50,280 nucleotides of DNA, from assembly GCA_040219255.1 (NCBI GenBank), contig JAVJSW010000044.1, positions 1-50,280 of the forward strand, written 5' to 3'. This document shows positions 18,442-28,614 of the stretch, in pieces; the stretch's first letter is position 1, and each line of letters opens with the position of its first letter. Below the pieces are notes generated by a model. The model did not search any database and was not told where the DNA came from. It saw only the letters and a program-made list of their open reading frames with translations. A program made the position numbers and the translations under genes. This DNA is from Sumerlaeia bacterium. GTDB taxonomy: Bacteria; Sumerlaeota; Sumerlaeia; SLMS01; JAHLLQ01.

Positions 18442-20346
18442 ATGCCTCTCAAGAAGTGCCTAGGCGTTGATCTCGGCTCCAACACCGTCAAAATCGTAGA
18501 GCTCGCGCTGGAACGCAACGGTGTGCGCGTTCTTCGCGCCGCCTCCGCGGAGACCGGCGTCGATCCCTCCATGCCCAGCGAAGAGCGCCGCGCCATCATC
18601 TCCAAGACGGCGCGCGATCTGATCCGCGGCGCCAAGATGGGCACCAAGGACGCCGTCTTCGTCCTCCCCGGCCAGAAGGTTTTCATCCGCCGCTTCCGCC
18701 TCCCGGAAACCAGCCCGGAACGCCTCGAGCGCATTATCAACTACGAAGCGCGCCAGCAAATCCCCTTCCCTCTCGACAAGACCGACCTCCAGTTCCAGTT
18801 CTTCCCCATCCCCGAAGACAAGGAAGTGGAAGTCCTACTGGTCGCTGTGCGGCACGATGAAGTGAACGACTTCATGACGATGGTCGACAAGACCGGTCTC
18901 AAACCGCGCCTCATCAGCGTCAGCTCGTTCGCCGTCTTCAACGCCCAGGCCTACATGGCGCGCCCCGCGGCCGCCGTCGTCGAGGCCCTCAACCCCCGCA
19001 AGGCCAAGTCGGCCAAGAAGACCAAGGGGAAGAAAAACAAGAAGAAGAAGGGCGAGGACGTCGCCGATGAGGACATCCTGGTCGGCGGTGAAGGCGACGA
19101 GGAGGCCCTCGACGAGGAATTCGTCTTCGAGGAAGTCAAGGGCTTCGTCAACGTCGGCGCCGTGGCCACCGACCTCGTCGTGGCGCGCCAGCAGGGCGAC
19201 AAGTCCCTCCCCGGTTTCTTCCGCAGCTTTCCTGTCGCCGGCAATGAAATCACCCGCAACATCATGGAAGATTGCGGCATCGAGAGTTTCACCGACGCCG
19301 AGGGCGTGAAGCGCCATCAGACCCGCCTGATGACCTTCGACTTCGATTTCGACGAAGGCGGCGACACCAATCGCGACGCGTGCGGCGCGGCGACCGACGC
19401 CGTGGACCGGCTGGTCAACGAAATCCGCCGCTCGCTCGATTTCTACATTTCACAGCCCGACGGCCAGGCCGTCGACTTCCTGCTCGTGTCCGGCGGCCAG
19501 GCGAACCTGCCCGGCATGGACACCTACATCGAAGAAAAGCTGACGATCACGACCAGCGTCCTCTCCGATGTGCCTGAAGACACCGCTCTCCAATGGCCCA
19601 ACCCGGGCGAATCGATGGCGGCCTACGCGCCCGCCATCGGCGCGGCCCTCCAAGGCATCGGCATGGGCGGCCTGGAAGTGGACTTCCTGCCCCGCGAACG
19701 CAAAATCACCCGCGACTTCCCCTACAAGACCGCGGCGATTCTGGCGGTCCTCCTTCTGGGCGTTCTCTTCTTCGCCGCCCAGGCGGGCGAGAAGTACATG
19801 TCGCTCTACAGCCAGGAAACCGCCGCGCTCGAAAATGTTATGCTCCAGCGCCGCGAGCAAGATCTCGCGGCCCGCGAGGCGGACCAGCAAAATGTCGCCG
19901 TCGCCAAGCTTTACGAGGATTTCGCCAAGGGCGTGACGCAGCGCGATTACTGGCTCGAATTCCTTGCCAACATCAATCGCCTCAAACCGCCGGAAGTGGT
20001 CATCGACCGCGTCGAAGCCGATCACGACGGCAACTTCGAAATCGTCGGCGTCAGTGAGACGGAGCGCTCCTCGGCCGACTTCGCGAAGGCGATGCAGGAA
20101 AGCATGGAGAATTTCATGCGGGAACCGGAGATCACCCGGTCCGCCCAGACGCGCGACCCCCGCTTCCCCGACCGGCAAACCGTTTACCGTTTTGTGATCG
20201 AGGGTGAAATGCAGGATAAGATCAACATTCTCAATATCACCCCGACCCCGACCCCGACCCCCACGGGTGGTCCCCAGGGATTCCGGCCGGGCATTCAGGG
20301 ACAGGGCGGCAGCCGTAACAACTTCGCCCCCGGCCGGGGATTCTAA
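18442..20346 (+). CDS. Type IV pilus/T2SS assembly protein, PilM-PilN-like fusion
   Basis: GVDLGS, EARQQIPFP and VSGGQA actin-fold PilM motifs, then VDFLP, a TM helix, coiled coil and PilN-like periplasmic domain. Confidence 0.85.
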   Translation: MPLKKCLGVDLGSNTVKIVELALERNGVRVLRAASAETGVDPSMPSEERRAIISKTARDLIRGAKMGTKDAVFVLPGQKVFIRRFRLPETSPERLERIINYEARQQIPFPLDKTDLQFQFFPIPEDKEVEVLLVAVRHDEVNDFMTMVDKTGLKPRLISVSSFAVFNAQAYMARPAAAVVEALNPRKAKSAKKTKGKKNKKKKGEDVADEDILVGGEGDEEALDEEFVFEEVKGFVNVGAVATDLVVARQQGDKSLPGFFRSFPVAGNEITRNIMEDCGIESFTDAEGVKRHQTRLMTFDFDFDEGGDTNRDACGAATDAVDRLVNEIRRSLDFYISQPDGQAVDFLLVSGGQANLPGMDTYIEEKLTITTSVLSDVPEDTALQWPNPGESMAAYAPAIGAALQGIGMGGLEVDFLPRERKITRDFPYKTAAILAVLLLGVLFFAAQAGEKYMSLYSQETAALENVMLQRREQDLAAREADQQNVAVAKLYEDFAKGVTQRDYWLEFLANINRLKPPEVVIDRVEADHDGNFEIVGVSETERSSADFAKAMQESMENFMREPEITRSAQTRDPRFPDRQTVYRFVIEGEMQDKINILNITPTPTPTPTGGPQGFRPGIQGQGGSRNNFAPGRGF

Positions 20347-20400
20347 AGACTTGAACGCAGGACAGAGAGAGACGCGCCGCGAGCGCACTGGGAGAACGCG

Positions 20401-20901
20401 ATGAACAAGGAAAAACTCCAGGAAATCGGCCAGCTCCTGCTCAAGCGCATGGATCAGGTGGCCATCGTCGTCTTCCTCGCTCTGCTTGTCGCGGCGGGCT
20501 ATGTGTTCCTGCAGGAACAAAACGATCAAGTGCCCGAGATCATGCTCACCAACCCCGCTCCCTTCCAGAATAAAGTGGAGGGCGAGAATTTAGAAGAAAT
20601 CCAGGATCAAATGATCGACACGCCGGAAGGTATTCGCAACGATCCGGAATTGCGCCGCGTGGTTCAGATCAATATGTTCGACCTCAAATCGGTGCGGGAA
20701 GCGAGTGCGCAAGAGCGTCAACTGCGCGAGCAGTTCACGACCGCCGAGCGTCTCGCCGAGGAAGGTAACACGCAGGCTGCGATTCGAGCCTTGAATGACA
20801 TCCTGCGCGTGAACCCCGATTTCACCCAGGCCGCTGAACTCAAAGAGCGGCTGGAAAATCCTCAACCCGAACCCAGCGAAGGAGGAACGGAAACCAACTG
20901 A
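20401..20901 (+). CDS. Bitopic membrane protein with C-terminal TPR-like helices
   Basis: N-terminal TM; AIRALNDILRVNPDFTQA; lies between pilMN and the secretin gene. Confidence 0.65.
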   Translation: MNKEKLQEIGQLLLKRMDQVAIVVFLALLVAAGYVFLQEQNDQVPEIMLTNPAPFQNKVEGENLEEIQDQMIDTPEGIRNDPELRRVVQINMFDLKSVREASAQERQLREQFTTAERLAEEGNTQAAIRALNDILRVNPDFTQAAELKERLENPQPEPSEGGTETN

Positions 20902-21077
20902 CCCAGACTCACGATTTTCAGTCGCGCCAAGCCCGTCCCGCTCGTTCCCAACGGGGAGCGGCCTCCCCGTTGTGGGGGCTATTGAGAGCTTGACACCCTT
21001 GCGCGAAAAGTCGTTGCGTTCCAGGAAACCGGTTCCTGTTCCTTCGGTGCATCCATTTCAGGAGTGACCCCTGTCTT

Positions 21078-24000
21078 ATGAGCCGCCAGCTTTCCAAACG
21101 GTGTGTGACCGCCTTGTGCCAGACAGCCCTCTTGGGCTGCGCTTTGGCAATGTCCTTGGCGTGCCTCAGCGCCAAGACATCCCAGAGCGAAAAACGGGCC
21201 AGTGGGTCTGAACGCCAAGCCCAGGTCAAGACCGACTCCCAGCGCGTCGATCAATTGCTCGACCAAGCCGATCGCGCCCTTCAACAAGGCGATGTGGAGA
21301 CTGCTCTTGCCCTGACCAACGAAGCGGCCGCGCTCGACCCCAACAACCGCCGCGCTCTCAATTTGCTGGCCGACATTCAGGAAGTCGAATCGACCGCGAT
21401 CGCTTCCGCCGAGCCCCGAGTTGTCCGCGAAGAGCCCATCGAGGTCGCCCAGGCCCCCGCTCCCGCGACCCGCCGTACCGTCTATCCTCCCGCCAGCTCG
21501 ACCACCGCCTCCTCCGGAACCTCGTCCGTGGATGCGCAAGCCGTCGTCGTTGTCATGGAAGAAGACGCCGAGGCCGATGTGATCGTTGTCGCCCAGGCCG
21601 AGCCCACGCCCGCGCCCCGCATGCCTTCACGTCCAGTCCTCAATTCCGAGCGAGTCAGCAGCACGGCGGAAGCGACCGCCACCGGCGGCCAGTCCGTCGC
21701 GACTCCGGCCCGCACTCCGGCCGCGACTCCGGTGCCGACGCCTCGCCCCACGATGGCCGCTCCGTCTCCCATGGAAACGGCCGCTCCCGCTCCGGCACCC
21801 ATCCCCGCGCCGGTGGAGCCCTCGCGCCCGATGATCGCGCAGGGCAAAGTCACCGACAGCGCTGTCGCCGTCCCCGGACCCAACGCCAACTTCCCCACCC
21901 AGACGGTCAGCCGGCCGGCTCCCGAGCCGCGCTACACGCCCCGTCCCGTGGTTCAGTCTGAACGCGTGATGCAGACCACGACCCGCCAGGACGTCCCCAT
22001 GGGCGCCCCTTCGGCCGGAATGGATTGCACCCGCGACATCAGGGAATTCCTGCGCACGGCTCGCGCCGAGGCCCGCAACGGCAATTACGACGCCGCCATG
22101 CGGACCCTGGCCGACGCCTCCGCCTGCTATCCGGCGGAAGAAGCCCGCATCGAGCGCGTCCGCGAGGACATCGCCGCGGAGCGCGACACCATGGCTTCGG
22201 CGAGCGATCAGCGTTCGGACCGCGAAGCGCGCAAGCGGGCGGAAGCCCTCTTTGAAGAAGGCGAAGCGATCTACGATGCCAACCCGGGCGATCTCGCGGC
22301 GCTGCGCCGGGCCCGCCAGTTGTGGCTCGACGCTCTGGAAATCGATCCGGCTTACGAACTTCCGGCCGTTTACCTGGCCAACACGGAAGCCGACTTCAAC
22401 ACCCTGGAATCCCAGGACCGGCGCGAAGAAAACTTCCGCGACCGCGAAGCCGTCGCCCTCCAGAAGCTGGAGACGCCGGTCAGCATCGCCACCGAAGTTC
22501 CGACGCCGCTCAGCCAGATCCTCTTCAATCTCAAGCTGATCACCGACATCAACTTCGTGCTCTCGGGCATCAGCGGCGACGCCAACGTGGTCGTGAACTT
22601 CACGGACAAACCGCTGCGCGAGATCCTCGATTCGATGCTTCTGCCGATCGGCCTGAAGTGGGAACGCAAGCCGGGCGAAGACACCATCGTCATCACCCCG
22701 AACCTGCGCACCAAGGTCTTCAAGGTCTCGCCGGACGAACTGGCGAAGATCGACGCGCTGATCGAGAAGGGCACTCTCCAGGCTCTCCTCTACGGCCCCG
22801 ATGGCCAGAAGGCTCTCGACAGCCAGGAACTGTATACCGACCTGCGCCAGAACGTGGTGGTCATCACCGACTCGCAGCAGAACATCGAGAAGCTGGGCCA
22901 ACTCATCGGCGAGCTGGAAAGCCAGGCTGACGTCGGGCTCGTTTTCAAGAGCTACCTGATTCAGGAAGACAAGGCGCCGCGCATCAAGGCGATCCTCGAA
23001 GCGCTGCTTCGCGTCGATGACCGGGCACCGTTCAACCCTGACCGCAAGCTGATCATCGAAGGCGGCGAGCTGATCGTCAAAGACACGCCGGACAACATCG
23101 CCCGCGTGGAGAAGATCCTGCAAGACCGCCAGTTCCTGCGCCAGATTTACAGCAACGAGTTGGACGTGCGGACCTTCAACCTGACGCCCGTCCTGGAAAT
23201 CCAGGACAACCGCGAGCAGGCCCGTCAGTTCGCCGAGAACATCGTGCAGGTGGTGGAAACCCTCCTCTACGCCCAGGAAGGGCGCCGTCAGGCAAATGCC
23301 CAGGGCCGCCGCCTGTTCTATGACGAGGCCACCCTGCAACTGACGGTCGTGGACTTCCCCGATCGCCTCAAGCAGGTGCAAGACTTCATCGAGTCCCTTC
23401 CCCAGATCGAGCAGCGCCGCCGTCAGAAGATCATCTTCCTGAACTGGGCGAGCGCGGCTGATCTGGCCGGGCAAATCCAGACCTTCCTCGGAACCGCTCC
23501 GCTGCAAGCCGGCGGTGGCGACACCGGTGGCGATTCGATCACCAAGACCCTCCGTGTGGAAGGCGAACTGGAATTCCGTGGCGCTTTCTTCCGCGTGGTG
23601 CGGGTGAACGAGAACGATGCCATCGATGAGAACGACGACGACGTGGAACTGGTGGTCCGCACAGGCACGACGACTCAGGACACGACGATCGAAGAATTCC
23701 GTTCGGAATTCGTGGAAGACTACGAAATCGTCGCCGACGATGTGGATCCCTCCAGCACTCCTGGCGAAGGGCGCGCGAAGCTGACGATCCGCTACGTACC
23801 CGGTGGCCAGGGCGGTGGGGGCGCGGTGGCTCCGGTCGCGGCTCCCGTCGCCGGTCTTTCTCCCGCTGTCGGCGCCGTGCCGGGCGCAGGGGTCGCGGGT
23901 GTTGCCGGTGTCGATCCGCTGACTGGCCTGCCGCTTGGCTTGGCGGCCGCCATCGTCGAAGAGGCTGGCGCGACGGTCGAACCGATCGAAAACCTGAACG

Positions 24001-24938
24001 CCATCTTCATCGAGTACGAGAACGCCAGCGACTTGCAGGAAGTCGAGTTCTACATCGAAACGCTCGATGTGCCGACGCTTCAGGTCACGATGGAAATCAA
24101 GTTCGTGGAAGTGGTCGAAAGCAAAGCCAAGCAGCTTCAGTCCGAATTCCGCATCGGCAACCTGCTCGAGCTGAGCGACGTTTCCCTCGGCGACGGGAGC
24201 CTCGGCGGCCGGTTCGCCCAGGACACGGACGAGTTCACGAACCCGTTCGAGCCGTTCATCGAGAGCACGCAGAGCGCGAATCTGCTGAAGGGCGCGACGG
24301 TGTTCAACTACATCCTGAACAATGGCCAATCGCCGATCGCGCTGACGCTGCGGGCGCTGGAAAGCCAGGGCATCATCAACGTGGTGAACGCTCCGTCGAT
24401 CACGGTGCTCAACGGCGAGTCGGCGACCTTCGAGATCACGCGCGAGTTCGGTCTCGCCCGGCCGCCGGAAGGCGCCACCGGTGGCGGCGATCAGGACAAC
24501 TTCATCATTCCTCCGAGCCTGGAAGCGGTCGTTCTGGAAGTCACGCCGAGCGTGACGCAGGCGGGCAACATCACGCTGGATCCGATTTCCGCGGAAATCC
24601 GCGACTTCGATCAGAGCCTCGGCGCCCAGCAGGCGCTCAGCGGCTTCCTCGGCGACACGGGGATTGTCTCGAGCCGCGACAACTACCTTGCGACGACGAA
24701 CTCCGTCGGCGGTCTGGGCGTTCTCGTGAAGGAAATCGACACCATCGCCCGCATCCGCGATGGCGGCACGGTGGTTCTGGGCGGCTGGCGCAACGAGCGC
24801 AAGTCCGACTCGGAAACCGGGGTTCCGATCCTGAGCGACATTCCCTTCATCGGCAAGTTCCTCTTCAGCCGCCAGCAGGAGACCCTCGACAAGATCACCC
24901 TGATGATCTTCCTCACCGGCTCCGTCGTCCGCGACTAA
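21078..24938 (+). CDS. Large secretin (PilQ/GspD family)
   Basis: QVTMEIKFVEV, APSITVLNGE, GGTVVLGG and GVPILSDIPFIGKFLFS secretin motifs; N-terminal TPR-like and Pro-rich regions. Confidence 0.9.
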   Translation: MSRQLSKRCVTALCQTALLGCALAMSLACLSAKTSQSEKRASGSERQAQVKTDSQRVDQLLDQADRALQQGDVETALALTNEAAALDPNNRRALNLLADIQEVESTAIASAEPRVVREEPIEVAQAPAPATRRTVYPPASSTTASSGTSSVDAQAVVVVMEEDAEADVIVVAQAEPTPAPRMPSRPVLNSERVSSTAEATATGGQSVATPARTPAATPVPTPRPTMAAPSPMETAAPAPAPIPAPVEPSRPMIAQGKVTDSAVAVPGPNANFPTQTVSRPAPEPRYTPRPVVQSERVMQTTTRQDVPMGAPSAGMDCTRDIREFLRTARAEARNGNYDAAMRTLADASACYPAEEARIERVREDIAAERDTMASASDQRSDREARKRAEALFEEGEAIYDANPGDLAALRRARQLWLDALEIDPAYELPAVYLANTEADFNTLESQDRREENFRDREAVALQKLETPVSIATEVPTPLSQILFNLKLITDINFVLSGISGDANVVVNFTDKPLREILDSMLLPIGLKWERKPGEDTIVITPNLRTKVFKVSPDELAKIDALIEKGTLQALLYGPDGQKALDSQELYTDLRQNVVVITDSQQNIEKLGQLIGELESQADVGLVFKSYLIQEDKAPRIKAILEALLRVDDRAPFNPDRKLIIEGGELIVKDTPDNIARVEKILQDRQFLRQIYSNELDVRTFNLTPVLEIQDNREQARQFAENIVQVVETLLYAQEGRRQANAQGRRLFYDEATLQLTVVDFPDRLKQVQDFIESLPQIEQRRRQKIIFLNWASAADLAGQIQTFLGTAPLQAGGGDTGGDSITKTLRVEGELEFRGAFFRVVRVNENDAIDENDDDVELVVRTGTTTQDTTIEEFRSEFVEDYEIVADDVDPSSTPGEGRAKLTIRYVPGGQGGGGAVAPVAAPVAGLSPAVGAVPGAGVAGVAGVDPLTGLPLGLAAAIVEEAGATVEPIENLNAIFIEYENASDLQEVEFYIETLDVPTLQVTMEIKFVEVVESKAKQLQSEFRIGNLLELSDVSLGDGSLGGRFAQDTDEFTNPFEPFIESTQSANLLKGATVFNYILNNGQSPIALTLRALESQGIINVVNAPSITVLNGESATFEITREFGLARPPEGATGGGDQDNFIIPPSLEAVVLEVTPSVTQAGNITLDPISAEIRDFDQSLGAQQALSGFLGDTGIVSSRDNYLATTNSVGGLGVLVKEIDTIARIRDGGTVVLGGWRNERKSDSETGVPILSDIPFIGKFLFSRQQETLDKITLMIFLTGSVVRD

Positions 24939-24989
24939 GCGCCATCGGCTGGGAGCTTTCGAAAAGCTCTCCTCCAAAGGCTTGAACCG

Positions 24990-25028
24990 CGCCCCGGATT
25001 CCTTCAGGATTCCGGGGCGTTTTCGTTT
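24990..25028 (+). terminator. Probable intrinsic terminator after the secretin gene
   Basis: CGCCCCGGA...TCCGGGGCG stem followed by TTTTCGTTT. Confidence 0.7.
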
Positions 25029-25064
25029 ATCTTCACTCCCTCCCGATGAGAGACCCGCCGCCCC

Positions 25065-27827
25065 GTGTCCGACAAAAAGAAGCTCTTCCTCTTCGATGGC
25101 CATTCCCATCTCTACCGCGCGTATTTCGCGCCGGGCATGGGCGATACGCTCTCCACCACCGATGGAATTCCGACCGGCGCGGTCTTTGGTTTCCTTCAGC
25201 TTTTCCACCGCATCCGGCGCGAGCAGGACCCCCATCACGTCGCCGTGGTGTTCGATCCGTCGGGCCCGAGCTTCCGCAACGAGCAGTTCGAAGCTTACAA
25301 AGCCAACCGCGAGGCTCCGCCGGAGGACCTGCACCAGCAGCTCGACATCGTGATGGAGATTCTTGCGGCGATGGGCGTACCGATGCTGCGCGTGGCTCGC
25401 TACGAGGCGGATGACGTGCTGGCGACTCTGGCCCGTTGGGCCGTGGACAACGGGGGCGAGGCCTGCATCGTTTCCATCGATAAGGACCTGCTGCAATGCG
25501 CCCGGCCGGGGGTGACGATTCTGCGGGATCACATGGGGAAGGTCGAATTGCTGGATGAAGCGGGCGTCCTGGAGAAACTCGGCGTCCGGCCCGATCAGGT
25601 TCCCGCCTACCTGGGGATGCTGGGCGACACCAGCGACAACATCCCCGGCATTCCCGGCGTCGGGAAGAAGCGGGCGGTCGATCTGCTTTCCGAATTCGGA
25701 GACATGGAGTCGGTGATCGCCGAGGCCCAGGGCAAAACGAAGCCAAAGTACTGGGTGAACGTGGCGGAGAACGCGGAGCAGGCGCGCCTGTCGCTGCAAC
25801 TCGCCACGATCCGCGAGGACGCGCCGGTGGGCGATGTGGATTGGGGGGGCTTCGCGTGGCGCTACGAAATGTCGCCCGCCGTGCGGGAAGTGTACATGAG
25901 GTACGAACTGCGCAAGTTCCTCGACGAACCGGTGGCGGCGGCGTCCTTCGCGCCGGCCGCCGGGGGCGATCTCTTCGGCGAGGAGGAATTCGCTCCCGCC
26001 GAAATCGACGATCGGGACACCGATTATCGCACCATCGAGTCGGAGGCCGATCTGGCGCGGGCCGTCGCCGATTTGCGCGCGGCCAAGCTGGTGGCCGTGG
26101 ACACGGAAACGGATGGATTGGATCCTTTTACCTGCAAAATCGTCGGGATTTCGCTGTCCTGGGCCAAGGATCAGGGGGTTTACATTCCGATTCGCGAATA
26201 CATCCGCGATAAGTCCCGGGGCCTTCCGGAAGCCACGGTGCGGCGCCTTCTCGATCCCGCCTTCGCGGATGGCGAGGTCCAATGGGCGGCGCACAACTGG
26301 CGATTCGATTACAAGATGCTGGCGCGCGCCGGTTACCCGGTGGGCGACATCGTCTATGACACGCTGATCATGTCGTACCTGATCAGCCCGGACCGGCCGA
26401 GCCATTCGCTGAAGAATCTGGCGAACGAGGTCCTGCGGATCCGCATGACGGAAATCGACGCTCTGATCGGCAAGGGGAAAGCCGCGATTTCCATGGCCGA
26501 CGCGAACCTGGACGAAGTGGCCAAGTACGCCTGCGCGGACGCCGATGTGACGCTTCAGCTCCGCAACACCTTCGCGCCCCAGCTCGCGGACCAGAATCTG
26601 ACGGAGCTGTTCCGCGAGGTGGAAATGCCGCTCGTGACGGTGCTCGCGCGGATGGAGCTGGAAGGCATCCGCATCCTGCCGGATTACTTCGCCGAGCTGA
26701 GCGTGGAACTCAAGGGACGGCTCGCCACGATCACGGAGGAGATCTACGAGCTGGCCGATGGCAAGGTCTTCAACATCAACTCGACGAAGCAACTCGGCGA
26801 AGTGCTCTTCGAGGATCTGAAGCTCCCGACGCAGAAGAAGACGAAGAGCGGCTACAGCACGGACGTATCCGTCCTCGAGGCCCTTTCGCCGATCCACCCG
26901 CTGCCGGCGAAACTGTTGGAGTACCGGCAGTTGGAAAAGCTGAAGGGCACTTACGTGGACGCGCTGCCGGCGCTGATCAATCCGAAGACGGGGCGGGTGC
27001 ACAGCAGCTTCAACCAGACGGTGGCGGCGACGGGGCGGCTGTCGAGCAGCGACCCGAACCTGCAAAACATTCCGATCCGGTCCGAGTCCGGGCGGCGCAT
27101 TCGCCGGGGGTTCGTGCCGAGGCGGGACGGCTGGGTGCTGCTGGGCGCGGATTACAGCCAGATCGAGCTGCGGATTCTGGCGCATGTGTCCAAGGACCCG
27201 CAGCTGATCGAGAACTTCCGCCAGGACGGCGACATCCACCGCCTGACGGCGAGCAAGATGTACCACATCGCGCCGGACGAGGTGGACGGCGCGCAGCGCG
27301 ACGCCGCCAAGCGCATCAACTTCGGCATCATCTACGGCATGGGGGCGTTCCGGCTCAGCAAGGAGCTGGACATCCCGCGCGATGTGGCGCAGCGATTCAT
27401 CGACGACTACTTTGCGGCGTACGAAGGCGTGCGGCGGTTTTTCGAGGAGGTGCTCTCGGGGGCGCGGCGCAATGGCTACGTGACGACGGTGCTGGGCCGG
27501 CGGCGGTATCTGCCGAACATCCGCAGCCGGAACATGAACATCCGCAGCCAGGCGGAACGGATGGCGCAGAACATGCCGATCCAGGGCACCAGCGCGGACA
27601 TGATCAAGATCGCGATGCGCACCATCGACGCGCGGCTGCGGCGCGAAGGCCTGGAAAGCCGGATGATCGTGCAGGTGCACGACGAACTGATTTTCGACTG
27701 CCCGGCCTCGGAAGCGGAAGCGATGAAATCGCTGGTGCGCGAGGAAATGACCGGCGCACTGCCCCTCGCCGTCCCCATCCGGGTGGATGTGGGGGTGGGG
27801 GAGAGCTGGGCCGAGTTGAAGGGGTAA
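25065..27827 (+). CDS. polA: DNA polymerase I
   Basis: 5'-3' exonuclease (DGHSHLYRAY, EADD), 3'-5' exonuclease (DTET) and polymerase motifs ADYSQIELR, KRINFGIIYG and VHDE. Confidence 0.98.
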   Translation: MSDKKKLFLFDGHSHLYRAYFAPGMGDTLSTTDGIPTGAVFGFLQLFHRIRREQDPHHVAVVFDPSGPSFRNEQFEAYKANREAPPEDLHQQLDIVMEILAAMGVPMLRVARYEADDVLATLARWAVDNGGEACIVSIDKDLLQCARPGVTILRDHMGKVELLDEAGVLEKLGVRPDQVPAYLGMLGDTSDNIPGIPGVGKKRAVDLLSEFGDMESVIAEAQGKTKPKYWVNVAENAEQARLSLQLATIREDAPVGDVDWGGFAWRYEMSPAVREVYMRYELRKFLDEPVAAASFAPAAGGDLFGEEEFAPAEIDDRDTDYRTIESEADLARAVADLRAAKLVAVDTETDGLDPFTCKIVGISLSWAKDQGVYIPIREYIRDKSRGLPEATVRRLLDPAFADGEVQWAAHNWRFDYKMLARAGYPVGDIVYDTLIMSYLISPDRPSHSLKNLANEVLRIRMTEIDALIGKGKAAISMADANLDEVAKYACADADVTLQLRNTFAPQLADQNLTELFREVEMPLVTVLARMELEGIRILPDYFAELSVELKGRLATITEEIYELADGKVFNINSTKQLGEVLFEDLKLPTQKKTKSGYSTDVSVLEALSPIHPLPAKLLEYRQLEKLKGTYVDALPALINPKTGRVHSSFNQTVAATGRLSSSDPNLQNIPIRSESGRRIRRGFVPRRDGWVLLGADYSQIELRILAHVSKDPQLIENFRQDGDIHRLTASKMYHIAPDEVDGAQRDAAKRINFGIIYGMGAFRLSKELDIPRDVAQRFIDDYFAAYEGVRRFFEEVLSGARRNGYVTTVLGRRRYLPNIRSRNMNIRSQAERMAQNMPIQGTSADMIKIAMRTIDARLRREGLESRMIVQVHDELIFDCPASEAEAMKSLVREEMTGALPLAVPIRVDVGVGESWAELKG

Positions 27828-28021
27828 GGGATTGGGCGGTTGGCTCGGGGCGGTTCGGTCTTGGAGCGAGGTGGTGGCCGTCATCATCAGCGGGCGCGTC
27901 CTTTTCCGGGAGGAATGGGACGCACTGTACGCGTGGGGCTGGGGCCTGTCGCGTGCCTAACGGCGGTTAAATCCGTGGGTTTTAACGGTGTGGCCTGGGT
28001 GGGGGAGGCCGTCTGGCGGAA

Positions 28022-28576
28022 CTACGAACGGCTTTCGGCCATCCGGGCCTCGGTTTCGCGGCGCAGCTTGTTGAGCTTTCCGGCGAGGAGTTTGCGTTTC
28101 ACGGTCCCCATGTGGTCGATGAAGAGGATGCCGTCGAGGTGGTCGATTTCGTGTTGGAGGACGCGGGAGGTGATGCCGTCGAAGTCGGCCTCGCGGGTTT
28201 CGCCGTCGAGGGTGGTCCAGCGGAGGCGGATTTTGAGGGGGCGGTAGACTTCGCCTTCGAGTTCGGGGATGGAGAGGCAGCCTTCGGTGTAGGGGCCGTC
28301 TTCGGTGCTGGAGTCGAGGATTTCGGGGTTGAGGAAGAATTGGGGATTGGGGGTGCGGGCGGGGCGTTTGTCGCGCTCTTCCTCGCCGGGATCGATAACG
28401 AGGACGCGGCGAAGATCGCCGACCTGATTGGCGGCGAGGCCGATGCCGTTGGCGGCGTACATGGTTTCCGCCATGTCATGCAGGAAGGCCCGCAGGTCGT
28501 CGCTGGCGCCGTTGACGGGCGCCGCTTTTTCGCGGAGGACCGGGTCGCCGTATTTGCGAATTTCCAGAATCGCCAT
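28022..28576 (-). CDS. def: Peptide deformylase
   Basis: GIGLAANQVG, EGCLSIP and QHEIDHLDG motifs. Confidence 0.98.
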   Translation of the reverse strand: MAILEIRKYGDPVLREKAAPVNGASDDLRAFLHDMAETMYAANGIGLAANQVGDLRRVLVIDPGEEERDKRPARTPNPQFFLNPEILDSSTEDGPYTEGCLSIPELEGEVYRPLKIRLRWTTLDGETREADFDGITSRVLQHEIDHLDGILFIDHMGTVKRKLLAGKLNKLRRETEARMAESRS

Positions 28577-28614
28577 CTCGTTCGTCTCTTTATCGGTCTT
28601 GGTGGGTGTTCGGC

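Noticed and set aside
20239-20265. ACCCCG tandem repeat as a phase-variation tract
   Set aside because: In-frame hexamer encoding a Thr-Pro linker; copy changes would not shift the frame.
21627-27887. 2086-aa minus-strand ORF
   Set aside because: Antisense shadow of the secretin and polA genes caused by high-GC codon bias; no motifs.
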